Assembly (NCBI GenBank): GCA_963697895.1
Contig: OY969100.1
Span: 480,001 to 544,000, forward strand
Direction: 5' to 3'
DNA from: an uncultured Methanomicrobiales archaeon
Lineage (GTDB): Archaea > Halobacteriota > Methanomicrobia > Methanomicrobiales > Methanospirillaceae
Length of the DNA stretch: 64,000 nucleotides
Shown here: piece after piece, positions 21,067 through 33,250 of the stretch
How the letters are laid out: every line of letters starts with the position of its first letter
How positions within the stretch are numbered: position 1 is the first letter of the stretch
Made by a program: the position numbers and the translations under genes
The notes under the pieces: model-generated
The model's database searches: none
What the model saw: the letters and a program-made list of their open reading frames with translations, nothing else
Told to the model about the DNA's origin: nothing

Positions 21067-22620
21067 TCATGCGACCACCCGCTTCTTCCGGAGCAGGCGG
21101 TGATATGTGACTGCGAACCGGTGAGCTTCATCCCGGATCTCCTGAAGGAACAGAGATGCCTTCTCCTTCTTCCCCAATGGCAGTGGATGAGCGTGCCCCT
21201 GCATGTAGACCTGCTCCTCCCGCTTGGCAAGGGCGATCACCGGTATCCGGATCTCTTCCGCCCGGAGCGCGGCTGCAGCCGCATTTAGTTGTCCCCGACC
21301 GCCATCGATAACGATCAGGTCCGGGAAATCAGATCCCTCCTTCTTCAGCCGGGCATACCGTCTCCGGACCACCTCCCGTGATCGCACTCACGTCATCGAC
21401 ACCCTGAACGGTCTTGATCCTGAACCGCCGGTAGTTACGTTTGTCCGGCTTTTCCGTTCCGGAACTGAACCATCGACCCGACGACCGAGGTGCCGCCGAG
21501 ATGAGAGATATCAAAGCACTCGATCACGACCGGGAGATCGCCGAGCCCGAGTTCGTCACGGAGATCTTCAAGCTCGAGCTGGTCGCCGAAGAAGACGAGT
21601 TCTATATTCTTTGCGACGAGGTCCAGAAGCCTTTTCTTGGCCCCGATCTTCGGGACGGTGATCGTGACCTTCCGTCCCTTCCGTGCCGGAGAGGTACTCA
21701 CGCAGGGAATCACTCACCTGCTCGGGCAGGACGAGTTCGAGCGGCGGCTCTTCTTCTGCATAATACTGGAGGAGGAACTCCTCCAGGAACTCCTCGCCCG
21801 CCTCAAAGACAAACTCCTTCTTCGTGCCGAGCGTGCCCTTATATACGGCGAAGAGCATCAGATACACAGCTTCACCTGAATGGTAGTAGTTGATGATGTC
21901 CTCGTCGGTCTCGGGACGCCGGGCGATATCCTGGCGGTATCCAAGTCGTTCTATTGCCTGAATCTGGTCCCGGAGAAGCATCGCCTGTTCGAACTCTTCC
22001 TCTCGGGACTTCTCTTCCATCTCCTGCTTCAACGCCCGGACGAGTTCGTTGTCCTTCCCCTTCAGGAGGAGCGAAGCCTTCTTCACCAGTTCTTCGTACT
22101 CCTCCGCACTGACCAGGCCTTTGCAGGGAGCACTGCAGGATTGAATATGGTGTCGCAGGCAGGCACGTCGGGTGAGTTTTTTGCAGGTCCGAAGCCGGAA
22201 CGTCTTCTTCACCATCGAGAAGACATGATCCCGTGCCGCGGCTGAGACGAAAGGGCCGAAAAACTTCCCTTCCCCCTCGGCTCTCCGGGCGATCCGTATA
22301 CAGGGGAAGGGCTCGTCGGTGATCTGGATATACGCAAACTGTTTTGCGTCTTTTAAGTCGATGTTATAGTGGGGCTGGTGTCGCTTGATCAGGCTGTTCT
22401 CGAGGATCAGTGCCTCGACCTCGTTCCCGGTCACGATATAATCGACCGTTGCGATATGACTGACCATCCGGGTCGTCTTCTGGTCCAGGTCCTTCTTCTG
22501 GAAGTAACTGGCGACCCGTTTTTGCAGGTTCTTTGCCTTGCCGATATAGATTACCGATCCCTGATCGTCGGAGAAAAGATAGCAGCCGGGTGCAGACGGA
22601 AGCCTGGTCTGCTGGATCAT
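21067..22620 (-). CDS. uvrC: Excinuclease ABC subunit C (apparent 1-nt insertions at ~21686, ~21451, ~21379)
   Basis: GIY-YIG domain PGCYLF...IYIGKAKNL; ECFDISH; DGGRGQL; RDEAHRFA; no C-terminal HhH2 domain visible. Confidence 0.92.
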
Positions 22621-25426
22621 GATTTTGCCAGCGTCCTCCGGAGAAACTCGCCGGTATAGCTCCCGGGGTGGAATGCCACTTCTTCCGGAGTACCCGTCGC
22701 GACAACATAGCCGCCCTGGTCGCCACCTTCCGGGCCAAGGTCAATGATGTGGTCTGCCGATTTGATCACGTCCAGGTTGTGCTCGATCACGACGACCGTG
22801 TTGCCTTTGTTGACCAGTTCATTCAACACCGCAATCAGCTTCTTGACATCATGAAAATGGAGGCCGGTGGTAGGCTCGTCGAGGAGGTAGATCGTCTTCC
22901 CGGTCCCTCGTTTTGACAGCTCCCGGGTCAGCTTGATCCGCTGTGCTTCGCCACCGGAGAGGGTAGTCGAACTCTGACCAAGCTTGATATAATCCAGGCC
23001 GACAGCGGAAAGCGTCTCAAGTTTGGTCCGGATGGCCGGGATATGGGCGAAGAGATCCAGTCGCCTCTTCCACACTCATATCCAGGACATCCGCGATGGA
23101 CCTGCCCTTATACTTCACCTCGAGGGTCTCCCGGTTGTAGCGCTTTCCCTTGCACTCCTCGCACTCTACATAGACATCGGGCAGGAAGTTCATCTCGATC
23201 TTGATCAGGCCGTCTCCTTCGCAGGCCTCGCAGCGGCCTCCTTTCAGGTTAAACGAGAACCTGCCCTGGTTTGTAGCCACGAGTCTTCGCCTCCTTTGAT
23301 TCGGCAAAGATCTTCCGGATCTCGTCAAAGACCTTGGTATATGTAGCCGGGTTGCTCCGCGGGGTCTTCCCGATCGGGCTCTGGTCGATCACGATTACCT
23401 TGTCTATCTCTTCGTCGAACGTAAGATTAGTGTATTTCCCAGGCTGGACCCGGGTATTGTACAATTTCTTCTGGAGCGCCCGATACAAGGTTTCGTAGAC
23501 CAGCGTAGACTTCCCGCTCCCCGAGACCCCGGAAATCACCGAGAGGACCCCTATCGGAATTGCGACATCGATCCCCTTTAAGTTGTTCTCGGTGCAGCCT
23601 TCTATCCGGATGAAGCTACCGTTCCTTCGTCTCGCTTCCGGGAGAGGGATAGTCAGGGTCCGGGCGAGATACTGGCCGGTGAGGGAGTCCTTGTTCCGCT
23701 CGATCTGGAGCGGGGTGCCTTTTGCAACGACGTTCCCACCATGGAGGCCTGCCCCTGGTCCCATGTCCACCACATAATCCGCACTCCGGATCGTGTCCTC
23801 GTCATGTTCCACGACGACAAGGGTGTTCCCCAGATCACGGAGACGGCGAAGCGTGTCGATCAGTTTCTGGTTGTCCTTCTGGTGAAGCCCGATCGAGGGT
23901 TCATCCAGCACATAGAGGACTCCCATCAGGTTAGAGCCGATCTGTGTCGCCAGTCGGATCCGTTGGGCCTCGCCGCCGGAGAGGGTGCCGGCACTCCGGG
24001 AGAGGGTGAGATATCCGAGCCCGACTTTACCGAGGAAGTCGAGCCGGTCATGGATCTCCTTTAATACCTGCCTTGCGATCTCCTGCTGCTTTTCGGTGAG
24101 CGTGAGACCGGAGAAGAACTCGATGCAGCGGGTGACGGGCAGGTCGGTGATGTCGATAATTGATCTGTCCCCGATCTTTACGGCAAGCACTTTATCTTTC
24201 AGCCGTTTCCCATGGCACTTCGGGCAGTCCGATATCCGCATAAACTTCTCGAGCTCGCGTTTCCGGTATTCGGACTGAGTCTGGTGATAGAGGCGGGACG
24301 CCTGCGGCAGGAGCCCTTCCCAGGTCCCGGTATGGGCCCAATGGGCATCCCCGTTCTTCATGCTCATCGAGAACTTGATCCGTTCATCGGAACCGAACAT
24401 CAGGGCATCGTACTGCTTTTTGTTCAGATCTTTGACCGGGGTGAAAATGGAGAACCCGAAGTGCCTGGCAACGGCGCCGAGGTATTGGCTCCGGTACCCG
24501 TCCAGGAAGTTCCGGTACAGGGCGACCGCCCCGTCGGCGATCGACTTGTCCTGGTCGGGAATGATCAGTTCCGGGTCGAACTCCATCCGTATTCCGAGCC
24601 CGTTACACTCCTCGCATGCCCCGAACGGGCTATTGAACGAGAACATCCGGGGCTGGAGTTCCTCGAAGGTGATCCCGCAGAGCGGGCAGGCCATGGTCGA
24701 GGAGAATATCTCCTCGCGTCCATCCCCGACGAGGGCGATGATCAGGCCGCTGGACTTCTTCAGGGCGTCCTCGCAGGCCTCTACCAGCCGCGACCGGTCG
24801 GTCGTCTCGAGGCGGTCGATGACAACATCGATATCATGCTTTTTATACCGCTCGAGGGGGACGTCCTCGTCGGTCCGGCGGATCTCCCCATTGACCCGTA
24901 CCCGTGCATATCCCTCCTTGTTCAGGTCTTTTAAGAACTTCTGGTACGTCCCCTTTTTCTGACGGATGACCGGTGCAAGAATGGTGACCCGACCCGACAT
25001 CTCTTCGGTGATCCGGTCGGCGATACGTTCAGGGGACTGCGCCTCGATCCGGATATGGTGGACCGGACAGAACGGGATCCCGATCCGGGCAAAAAGGAGC
25101 CGGAGATAGTCATAGATCTCGGTCACGGTTCCGACGGTACTGCGAGGGTTCTTGCTCGTCGTCTTCTGTTCGATGGAGATTGCGGGGGAGAGCCCTTCGA
25201 TCGCGTCCACATCGGGTTTATGCATGAGACCGAGGAACTGTCGCGCATAGGCTGAAAGTGATTCGACATATCGGCGCTGCCCCTCCGCATATATGGTATC
25301 GAAGGCCAGTGTCGACTTGCCGGAGCCGGAAAGGCCGGTGATGACGATGAATTTGTCGCGAGGAAGCTCCACGGTAATATTTTTCAGGTTATGCTGACGG
25401 GCACCCCGGATGATGATTTTCTTCAT
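22617..25426 (-). CDS. uvrA: Excinuclease ABC subunit A (apparent 1-nt insertions at ~23265 and ~23061)
   Basis: [27 protein letters not shown], two LSGGEAQRI signatures and zinc fingers. Confidence 0.95.
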
Positions 25427-25723
25427 CTGCTGCCTGATCAGTTCTGACAGATTACCTTATAGAGACACCTTTTGAGGTAAGCACACGCGAAATCACGAGG
25501 TATCCGGATAATTCGGACGATTACCAGATGAACTTCACCTTAATAGAGATGATTGCATCCATTCAACCCGTAAATGGCCCCGGGATTAATGTAAGTTCGA
25601 TCCGCGGGATTCCTTAAGGGGAAGACTTTACCCTTGGAAGATGTATTGATATGGATAACAAGGCACAATGATGACCAATAGCAGGAAAATCCGGAGCCGC
25701 GGCTCCGGGAAGGAAGGGATGTG

Positions 25724-27343
25724 ATGGGCCGGAAGGTGTACGTAATCGGTCATTGCCAGCCCGATACGGACAGTATCGCCAGCGTAATCGGTTATGCCGA
25801 ATTCCTGAACCGCCAAGAACCGGACAGGTACATTGCAGCCCGCTGCGGGGATTTAAACTCCGAAACCCGCTTTGCCCTGGCGAAGTTCGGGCGGGAGCCT
25901 CCGATCGTCGTCGATAGCGTTGAACCCCTTGTCGCAGATATCCCCTCACTCTATATGCGGAGTGCTCCCGCCGATATGCCGACCATCGACGTGGCCGGCA
26001 TGATGGACGAACAGGATGTCAGAAATATCCCGGTCATCGATACCATGGGACGGTTTATCGGGATAGTGGGTGAGTACGGACTTGCAAAAGCGTATGTTAC
26101 CCCGGAACGGAGAGAAGATCTGCAGATCGGACCGATCCCTCTGCATACGCTTGCCAGAATTCTGGATGCCCGGATCCATCACGCTGCCTCCGATATTCTC
26201 CACGGGAAGGTGACAATCGTGATCGATGCCCTCCATGTCGCCCTTTCCCGACTCATGTCCCGGGACATCGCTGTGGTCGGCGACGATGAACCGGTCCAGC
26301 TTGCACTCATATCGGCTGGAATCGCAGCCCTTGTCCTTGCGGAAGGTGCTCCTGTCGGGGAACGGGTACTGGCCGCCGCATCCTCCGGCAGGGTCTCCAT
26401 CCTTGCTACGGATCTCAATGCCTTCAGTGTCGGACGGATGGTCCACCTGTCCCTCCCTGCCCGCGAGGTGGTCGCTACCGATGTGCCGACGGTCCGGCCC
26501 GAGGATCCCCTTGCATATGCAAAACAACTCGTAACGAACTCCCGGTACCGGACGGCCTGTGTTGTCGACCGGGAAGGAAAGTATCTCGGTATGATATCGC
26601 GGAACACCTTCCTTGACGAGATCCAGAAATCGGTGATCCTCCTCGATCATAATGAGTTCGCACAGGCAGTGGACGGTATTGAAACGGCGGAGATCCTTGA
26701 GGTGATCGATCATCACCGGCTCGGGGTAATATCAACGTTAAAGCCGGTCAAATTCCTGAACGACCCGGTCGGATCCACGTCGACGATCATTGCACTGAAA
26801 TTTTCGGAAGAGGGCTTTCCACCGGAGAATTCCACGGCAGGAATGCTTCTTGCAGGTATTCTCTCGGACACGCTTGTCCTGCGGATGTCGACGACCACCG
26901 ATACTGATCGGAGAGCTGTTGCTTACCTCGCCGGAATCACCGGAGTTGACCCGATAGCTTTTGGGGCTACCCTCCTCCGGCAGAGCACGGACCTCGGAGA
27001 AACACCGCTTGGCGATGTATTGACCCGAGACACAAAACAGTACACCTTGTTTGGAAGGCAGGTGATCATCGCCCAGGTGATGGTCGCTTCCCGGGATTAT
27101 TACCAGGACCGGGCATCCGAGATTCGAAAGGAACTTGAGTTTTTACGGAGGAAGAAAGGCGTTGATCTCTACTTGGTCCTCTTTACCCACGTCATTGAAA
27201 ACGCGAGCGATCTCTTTATATCCGGTGATAGTGCCGTAATCGCCTCACTCGGGTACGCTGACCAGCCGATCCGGCTCGCAGGGGTAATGTCCCGCAAGAA
27301 GGATTTTCTTCCCGGATTCGGTAAACATCTCCGCGAACTTTGA
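25724..27343 (+). CDS. ppaC: Family II Mn-dependent inorganic pyrophosphatase with CBS-DRTGG-CBS insert
   Basis: GHCQPDTDS, LDHNE..Q, IDHH, GSTST, ILSDT and SRKKD motifs. Confidence 0.92.
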   Translation: MGRKVYVIGHCQPDTDSIASVIGYAEFLNRQEPDRYIAARCGDLNSETRFALAKFGREPPIVVDSVEPLVADIPSLYMRSAPADMPTIDVAGMMDEQDVRNIPVIDTMGRFIGIVGEYGLAKAYVTPERREDLQIGPIPLHTLARILDARIHHAASDILHGKVTIVIDALHVALSRLMSRDIAVVGDDEPVQLALISAGIAALVLAEGAPVGERVLAAASSGRVSILATDLNAFSVGRMVHLSLPAREVVATDVPTVRPEDPLAYAKQLVTNSRYRTACVVDREGKYLGMISRNTFLDEIQKSVILLDHNEFAQAVDGIETAEILEVIDHHRLGVISTLKPVKFLNDPVGSTSTIIALKFSEEGFPPENSTAGMLLAGILSDTLVLRMSTTTDTDRRAVAYLAGITGVDPIAFGATLLRQSTDLGETPLGDVLTRDTKQYTLFGRQVIIAQVMVASRDYYQDRASEIRKELEFLRRKKGVDLYLVLFTHVIENASDLFISGDSAVIASLGYADQPIRLAGVMSRKKDFLPGFGKHLREL

Positions 27344-27604
27344 AATCAAACGACATATTCGAAAACAGCTGAAGTACGTCCACCGCGAGGGATTAACAAG
27401 AAGGCTTATGGGAGGTGATATTCGGTTCATCTCGAGAATAGAGGAATCTTTCGAATAGTCATCGAAAGATGCCAGGAGATCATTAAGGGTGAGAATCCTC
27501 TCCTCCCGATCTATGAGTACCCAGTGCCCGCAAAAAACCCGATTATCGGGCGAGGGGTCAATCCGATTTATTCCTTTGTTGAGAATTGTGCCATTCGATT
27601 ATTC

Positions 27605-27877
27605 TTAGCCCGCGATCTCTTCTTCGTCGATGATCTGGAGCTCCCATTCATCCTCGTCAAAAGAGAGGGTCCCGGCTCCGTCACAATCCGGGCATTCGAT
27701 CGTCTCGGAGATCCGGCTGCAACCGTCCTGCTGTTCCTCGCCTCCCTTCACCTTGTCCTCCGTCGGGATGTGGAAATATCTCTGGATATCATGGGATTGC
27801 AAACCCTGACAGATCTTGTACTGCTCATTCTCGACAAATCCCGTTCCCTGACACCGACGACACTTCAGGATAATCAT
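27605..27877 (-). CDS. Small acidic protein with two CxxCxGxG zinc-binding motifs
   Basis: CRRCQGTG and CPDCDGAG; start uncertain. Confidence 0.65.
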   Translation of the reverse strand: MIILKCRRCQGTGFVENEQYKICQGLQSHDIQRYFHIPTEDKVKGGEEQQDGCSRISETIECPDCDGAGTLSFDEDEWELQIIDEEEIAG

Positions 27878-28056
27878 GCTGCCCTTCTCCCGATAATACG
27901 GGTATGGTTTCATGAACCTTTCAATGTTTATATTTCGTTCATTCCTGAATTCTCTCATACATAATAGGAAACCAAGATCCTTCGTCGTGCCGGGACCGAA
28001 CGCAGTGTTCCGTAATGAACAGGTTTTAATCAATGGATCGATATTTATTCCTGAGC

Positions 28057-28974
28057 ATGAAAAGCAGCCTTTATCCTCTTTCTCCCCATGACTTTCCCCT
28101 GAGTGCATCAATATTTTCGGATGGTGATCCGGCGATCCGGATATATGTTGACGGAATATTCAGTCAGGCGGTACACCTTCGCGGAAGACCCGTTCTTATA
28201 GAGGTCAGTTCAGCCGGCACCACTGAAAAACCCGAACTTCAGTTGTCCGTCCGCGCAGAGGAGGATGGAGATCTCTCCGGAGCAGATCAACAAGCGGCGG
28301 ACCAGATCGTCACGTCGGTGTTTAATATCAATGACGACCTCATTCCGTTCTACCGGAACGTCCGGGACGACCTGGTGATGTCGGTACTCACTTCCGCCCT
28401 TCGTGGGTTGAAGAGCCCTACGACCCCCACAATTTTCGAGGCATTGGTCGACTCTATCGTCGAACAGCAGATATCGCTTTCTGTGGCACACGTGATGCAG
28501 CGAAGGCTGATCATGAGGTTCGGCGACAGCCTGGATATACAGGGATCCCGGTATTATTGCTATCCGGGACCAGATGTTCTGTCTGATGTGACGGATGAGC
28601 AATTCCGGGAATGTGGACTGAGTTTACGGAAAGGGGAATATATCCGGGATATTTCTCGTTCTCTGGTGAAGGGCGACCTTGATCTCGACTTGTTCAGAAG
28701 TTATTCTGATACCGGCGATATTGTCACCGAGTTATCCCGGATCAGGGGGATTGGAAGGTGGACAGCAGAGCTGACACTCCTCCGGGGAATGCACCGGCTC
28801 GACTCGTTTCCTGCCGATGACCTTGGAGTGCGGAGACTTATTTCATTGTATTACCGGGGTGGAAACCCGATCACGGCGATAGAAGCGCGGGATATTGCCG
28901 CGGGTTGGGGTAAATGGAAAGGACTTGCCGCCTTTTACCTCGTCATGGCTGAACTGCACGGGGTTTTGGTGTGA
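28057..28974 (+). CDS. alkA: DNA-3-methyladenine glycosylase II (HhH-GPD)
   Basis: FEAL..SIVEQQIS, HhH motif LSRIRGIGRWTAE and FPADDLG. Confidence 0.9.
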   Translation: MKSSLYPLSPHDFPLSASIFSDGDPAIRIYVDGIFSQAVHLRGRPVLIEVSSAGTTEKPELQLSVRAEEDGDLSGADQQAADQIVTSVFNINDDLIPFYRNVRDDLVMSVLTSALRGLKSPTTPTIFEALVDSIVEQQISLSVAHVMQRRLIMRFGDSLDIQGSRYYCYPGPDVLSDVTDEQFRECGLSLRKGEYIRDISRSLVKGDLDLDLFRSYSDTGDIVTELSRIRGIGRWTAELTLLRGMHRLDSFPADDLGVRRLISLYYRGGNPITAIEARDIAAGWGKWKGLAAFYLVMAELHGVLV

Positions 28975-29432
28975 TACTCTTCAGGAACGGGAAATCCTTT
29001 TGTGAATATGACTTTTGGGAAATAGAAGAAGGGTTTATCCCGGCGAAGGCGGTCTCAAAGCTCAAAGGGTTCGGAATTCTTTTGGATATCCAGGATGTCG
29101 AAAGACCGCCATTACAGAATGTTTCAGCGGTTCTATTAATTCGGTCACAATTTTAAGTCTCTATCAATCCTGATCATCACGGTATGCAACCAATCCCCGG
29201 GACATCCCCCGGGATCTTATCTGCCGTGCCACAGGGAGCCGGCGTTCTCTCATGACTCGATGCCAGCTCATTCATGCCAAGAATGTAACGGGACAGTTCT
29301 GACGGGAGGCAGTTATCGGAAGGATTACAACGGATCTCCCATCGCAGCGGAATAAAATTCAAAACAGCAAAACCGCTCTATATGATATTACCTGCGTGTA
29401 GGTAGTTATCTTCAAAAAATGGGGGAACTGTC

Positions 29433-29922
29433 TTAATCAAAGGGGAATGAAACATTAAACCCCGGAGGTATGACCGGATCCCGCGATATCCTCCGGAATT
29501 TGGGTCCCGGTGCATCGGTTACATACATCGAATCGGACAGAGGATTGTAGACCAGGGTTGCATTGATCTTCTGGCTTGAATGCGCATCGGTATCGAAGTA
29601 ATGGTATATTGCAACCCCAACAAGGGAATAGTGATTCCGGTAGGTACGATTCCAGGTTCCCGTCGCATATAATTCATATGTAAGGTTTTCCCCCGGAATA
29701 ATCGGCAGATCAGTCGCATCAAACCGGCCGGAATCCTTAAAGATATAGAGTTGAACGAAATTTTCGTCTGGGGGGTAGTACAACCAGCTTCCCACGATTG
29801 GGTCCGAGTACCTGTTCGGGGACCGTGGGGACCCTCCCCCCTTCCGTGAACATGCATCCGCTGAACATGGTCACTAACATGAGGATCGTGATCAGGGCTA
29901 AGAATGGCATGTACCTGTTCAT
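29433..29922 (-). CDS. Hypothetical lipoprotein (apparent 1-nt insertion at ~29804)
   Basis: Signal peptide ending FSGC; removing one base restores ...EQVLDPIVGSWLYY... continuing into the 29433-29795 frame. Confidence 0.65.
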
Positions 29923-29985
29923 TAAAATCGAATGCTTCTCACTGACGTATAATATTTTGTCCTGCCGGACCGGAACCCGGTTTTT

Positions 29986-30600
29986 TTAGTCTGTTCCTCG
30001 CTCAGGGAAATGCTTCAGCTGCCATTGAATAAGCCTGAAATCCTCTTCCAGATCCTCCCGGTACCGGGGGGAGTACAGTGCAGCGGCGGGATGCAGCGTG
30101 GGAATGATAGTCACTGTCATCCCATACAGATTGGTGGAAATATTCATCCCGCGAATATCAGTTATCTTCCCGAATTCAATTCCTGCCTTCCCCAGGATAT
30201 ATCGTGCGGAATGGCGACCGAGGGGCACGATGATGCGCGGACGGATAACCCGGAGCTGTCGGTCAAGATATGGGGAGCAGATCGCGATCTCCTCCCCGTG
30301 GGGATCCCTGTTCCCCGGTGGCCGGTGTTTGACTACATTTCCGATGAAGACCTCCTCCCGTGAGAGGCCGATATCCTTGAGCAGTGCGGTCAGGAGGACC
30401 CCCGCCCTCCCGACAAAGGGCCGCCCGGTGAGGTCTTCCTGTTCACCTGGTGCCTCCCCAATAAAGAAAAGAGCCGTATCGAGGTTGCCTTCACCGGGGA
30501 CAGCTTGGTGAGCATTCTGCCAGAGCGGGCACTTCCGGCAGATCGCGATATCGGCAGCAATCTGATCCATTACCCGTCGTTTTTCATCCCTTTGTGTCAT
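29986..30600 (-). CDS. udg: Uracil-DNA glycosylase, family 4
   Basis: CRKCPL, GEAPG..ED..GRPFVG.AG, RPPGNRDP and HPAA motifs. Confidence 0.92.
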   Translation of the reverse strand: MTQRDEKRRVMDQIAADIAICRKCPLWQNAHQAVPGEGNLDTALFFIGEAPGEQEDLTGRPFVGRAGVLLTALLKDIGLSREEVFIGNVVKHRPPGNRDPHGEEIAICSPYLDRQLRVIRPRIIVPLGRHSARYILGKAGIEFGKITDIRGMNISTNLYGMTVTIIPTLHPAAALYSPRYREDLEEDFRLIQWQLKHFPERGTD

Positions 30601-30838
30601 GAATCCGCTGATTCCATTCTGTAACCCTACGATCAGACGGGTATTATTCCTATGGATTTATCCTTTGACCTATCTCATAGTTTCCGCTATTTTCGACCCA
30701 TGTGATCGAGGTGAAATGTATAGTGCGGACCTGGTTCAAACGTTGCACTCATAGGAATTTTTGGAAGACATGCCCAAAATACTCAATGATCAGGATTGAT
30801 TGGAATGGGCAGTAAGAAAAGCCTTGACGAAGACCTAA

Positions 30839-31978
30839 CTAATCAATCTGCCGCCGGGTTCTCACTGCAAGGGCCGCCATAAATCTCTGACGAATCGTAT
30901 CAGGGCTGAATGGGATTTCCTGCACCCTCGCATTGCCCGGGCGGATGAGCACATGGGCGAAACTCGGCCCTTTCCTGCTCCCCTCCAGGAATTCTATCAG
31001 TTCCTCCTCAGTCTGGACTTTGGCCGTGTCCCGGAACCCATGAGCCTGTGCCAGAAGTTCGAGATCGACCTGCACACATGCGGGAGTAGGCTGATCCCCG
31101 GTGCTCCCGAACGTACCGTTGTCCATGCAGAAGATGGTGAGATTTTTCACTTTTTTCTGGACAACAACCGGAAGGATGCCCGTACCGAGGAGGCTTCCAT
31201 CTCCGTCAAGTACCATAATTCTCCTCTCCGGAACAGCAAGCGAAATACCAAGACCGATCGGGGTCGCCTGGGTGTAACTTCCGAGCATGTAAAAGTTCAG
31301 GGGCCGGTCGCGAAGGGAAAATAGCTCCTTTCCCGGCACCCCGATGTTTGAGACAAGGGCTTCATCATCCAGGTGGCGGGTAATCACCCGAATCGCATCG
31401 TACCGGGTCATCACCGGATCCCGTATGGTCCGGTCATACCAGAGTTTCGAATGCCTGAACCGGGGAGGAAGGGAGGGTACGGCGCATCCGCCTTCTCCCT
31501 CCCAGCACCGGGGGGAGATCAGAGCGACATGGGGGCGGTGCAGGGTAAATGCATCTTCAATGACATCTCCGATACGATTCAACTCACCGCACCCGCCGAT
31601 ATACGTCGACGCGATGCCCGCATCCCGTAACAGTGCCGGTAACACCCGGTTGAACGGAATCTGTGCTTCGATCTTTTCCCGGTACACTCCCCGCCAGCTC
31701 GCCAGAATTGGGAGCGGGAGGTGATACGTGCTGGTCAGCGACATCAATGCGTTGAACATGTTCCCGATTCCCGAACTTTGAATCACCATCGCCGGCCGCT
31801 CCCCCCCAAGCCATGCCCCGGCGCATACACCGACCCCGTCCTCTTCGCGGGTCAACCCGACCTCATTGAAACGGTCTGGGATGAGGTAGCAGAGGTCTTT
31901 CGTCCGGTCGCAGGGGAGGGTGGCAAGAAGATGTATACCGTGTTGTTCCAGTATATCAAGCACGGCGTGTTCATGCAT
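30839..31978 (-). CDS. comDE: Sulfopyruvate decarboxylase, fused alpha/beta subunits
   Basis: TLPCD, REEDGVGVCAG, QSSGIGN, then NFYMLGS and TPP motif DGDGS...N; lies downstream of cysteate synthase. Confidence 0.92.
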   Translation of the reverse strand: MHEHAVLDILEQHGIHLLATLPCDRTKDLCYLIPDRFNEVGLTREEDGVGVCAGAWLGGERPAMVIQSSGIGNMFNALMSLTSTYHLPLPILASWRGVYREKIEAQIPFNRVLPALLRDAGIASTYIGGCGELNRIGDVIEDAFTLHRPHVALISPRCWEGEGGCAVPSLPPRFRHSKLWYDRTIRDPVMTRYDAIRVITRHLDDEALVSNIGVPGKELFSLRDRPLNFYMLGSYTQATPIGLGISLAVPERRIMVLDGDGSLLGTGILPVVVQKKVKNLTIFCMDNGTFGSTGDQPTPACVQVDLELLAQAHGFRDTAKVQTEEELIEFLEGSRKGPSFAHVLIRPGNARVQEIPFSPDTIRQRFMAALAVRTRRQID

Positions 31979-33245
31979 GATTGCGCACCCAGCTTACGAT
32001 ATCCCTCTTTACTGGTTCTATACCCTCATCCATACCTACTACTAGGCCGACCGGAACCGGATAAAGGGATAGATCCTCCCTCGCACGAAGGTAACCTCCG
32101 CCAGTGATATTCAGGAGAATCATCTCATCAGGATCGAGCTGCCCCTCTCTGACCGCCTGGATAAGAGAAGCAGTGCAGACTGCTGCAGCAGGATCGAGGT
32201 CGATCCCCTCAAGTTCCATAAACAATTTTCCGGCCTGCATCGCATCATCATTGGAGATGGAGTACATCTTTCCCTTCGTATTCATGAGCGCATCATATAC
32301 CCCTCCCCGGACCGCGTAGGGAGGGTTTCGGTTCGTCAATACATCTGCGTATACCTGTGCGATTGCCCTGCGTGCATCCGGCATATCAAGAGCTGGATCA
32401 ATCTCTTCACGGCCAGCGTTCCATGCACTTACCATCGGGACAAAGGGGAAATTTTGGCAAAGATGGAGGCAGGGAAGATGTGACCCGAACCTTCCGTCAC
32501 CCCGGAGACGAATCGATGCTTCCCATGCTGCAATCGCGCCTGCCCCGCTCCCGATTGCCTGGAAATAATGCGCAGGAATCCGGCCGGATGCGATAGTAGC
32601 GTCGAGCATAACCGTCCCCATGCCATCCCTTCGGGCCACATTTCCGGTCCCACCCTCGGGCACCAGATGTTCCATCCGGACAATCTCCTGTGAAAACGTA
32701 ATTGCATCGCTGTAGTCCCCTTTCACCGCAATGAGCAGGACATCATGGGTCTTTTCCGTGGTCCAGATGCGGGGCACCGACTTTTCCGGAACAACCACGA
32801 CCACCGGGATGCCGGTCTGGGCAGAGACCTGGGAGAAAGCTCTTCCCGTGTTGCCCGCGGACGCGACCACCAGCACCCCCGTTCCTTTCTCCTTCATGCG
32901 AAGCATGGTCGGAGCCGCTTCCAGTTCTTTGAAAGAGCATGTCCTGCAAAACGCGGACCTTTCGGGCCAGTATCCCGAGAACCCTACAAACAGATTCCGG
33001 AGCCCGATCTCTCCGGCCAGGGCCTCGCTTTGAAAGGTGACCGGACCCCCGTCGGTCCGGAGCACCCCTTCAACCGGAAGCCAGTCATGAAAACGGAAGA
33101 GCCCCGGATTCTGACGAAGGGTGAGCCGGGCATTCCGGTATTCTGTTCGGAGAAGAGCCTGGTGACCTGATGGACAGGCGATCGTGTATCTGTCCTCAAC
33201 GACCTCCCCACCACCCAGGCAGCGGAGACGATACTTCTTATCCAT
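31971..33245 (-). CDS. Cysteate synthase (threonine-synthase-like PLP enzyme)
   Basis: TCSFKELEA, ASAGNTGRAF, NVARRDGMG, YFQAIGSG, VLTNR.PPY and LNITGGG; overlaps the comDE start. Confidence 0.9.
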   Translation of the reverse strand: MDKKYRLRCLGGGEVVEDRYTIACPSGHQALLRTEYRNARLTLRQNPGLFRFHDWLPVEGVLRTDGGPVTFQSEALAGEIGLRNLFVGFSGYWPERSAFCRTCSFKELEAAPTMLRMKEKGTGVLVVASAGNTGRAFSQVSAQTGIPVVVVVPEKSVPRIWTTEKTHDVLLIAVKGDYSDAITFSQEIVRMEHLVPEGGTGNVARRDGMGTVMLDATIASGRIPAHYFQAIGSGAGAIAAWEASIRLRGDGRFGSHLPCLHLCQNFPFVPMVSAWNAGREEIDPALDMPDARRAIAQVYADVLTNRNPPYAVRGGVYDALMNTKGKMYSISNDDAMQAGKLFMELEGIDLDPAAAVCTASLIQAVREGQLDPDEMILLNITGGGYLRAREDLSLYPVPVGLVVGMDEGIEPVKRDIVSWVRNHA

Positions 33246-33250
33246 TTCTT

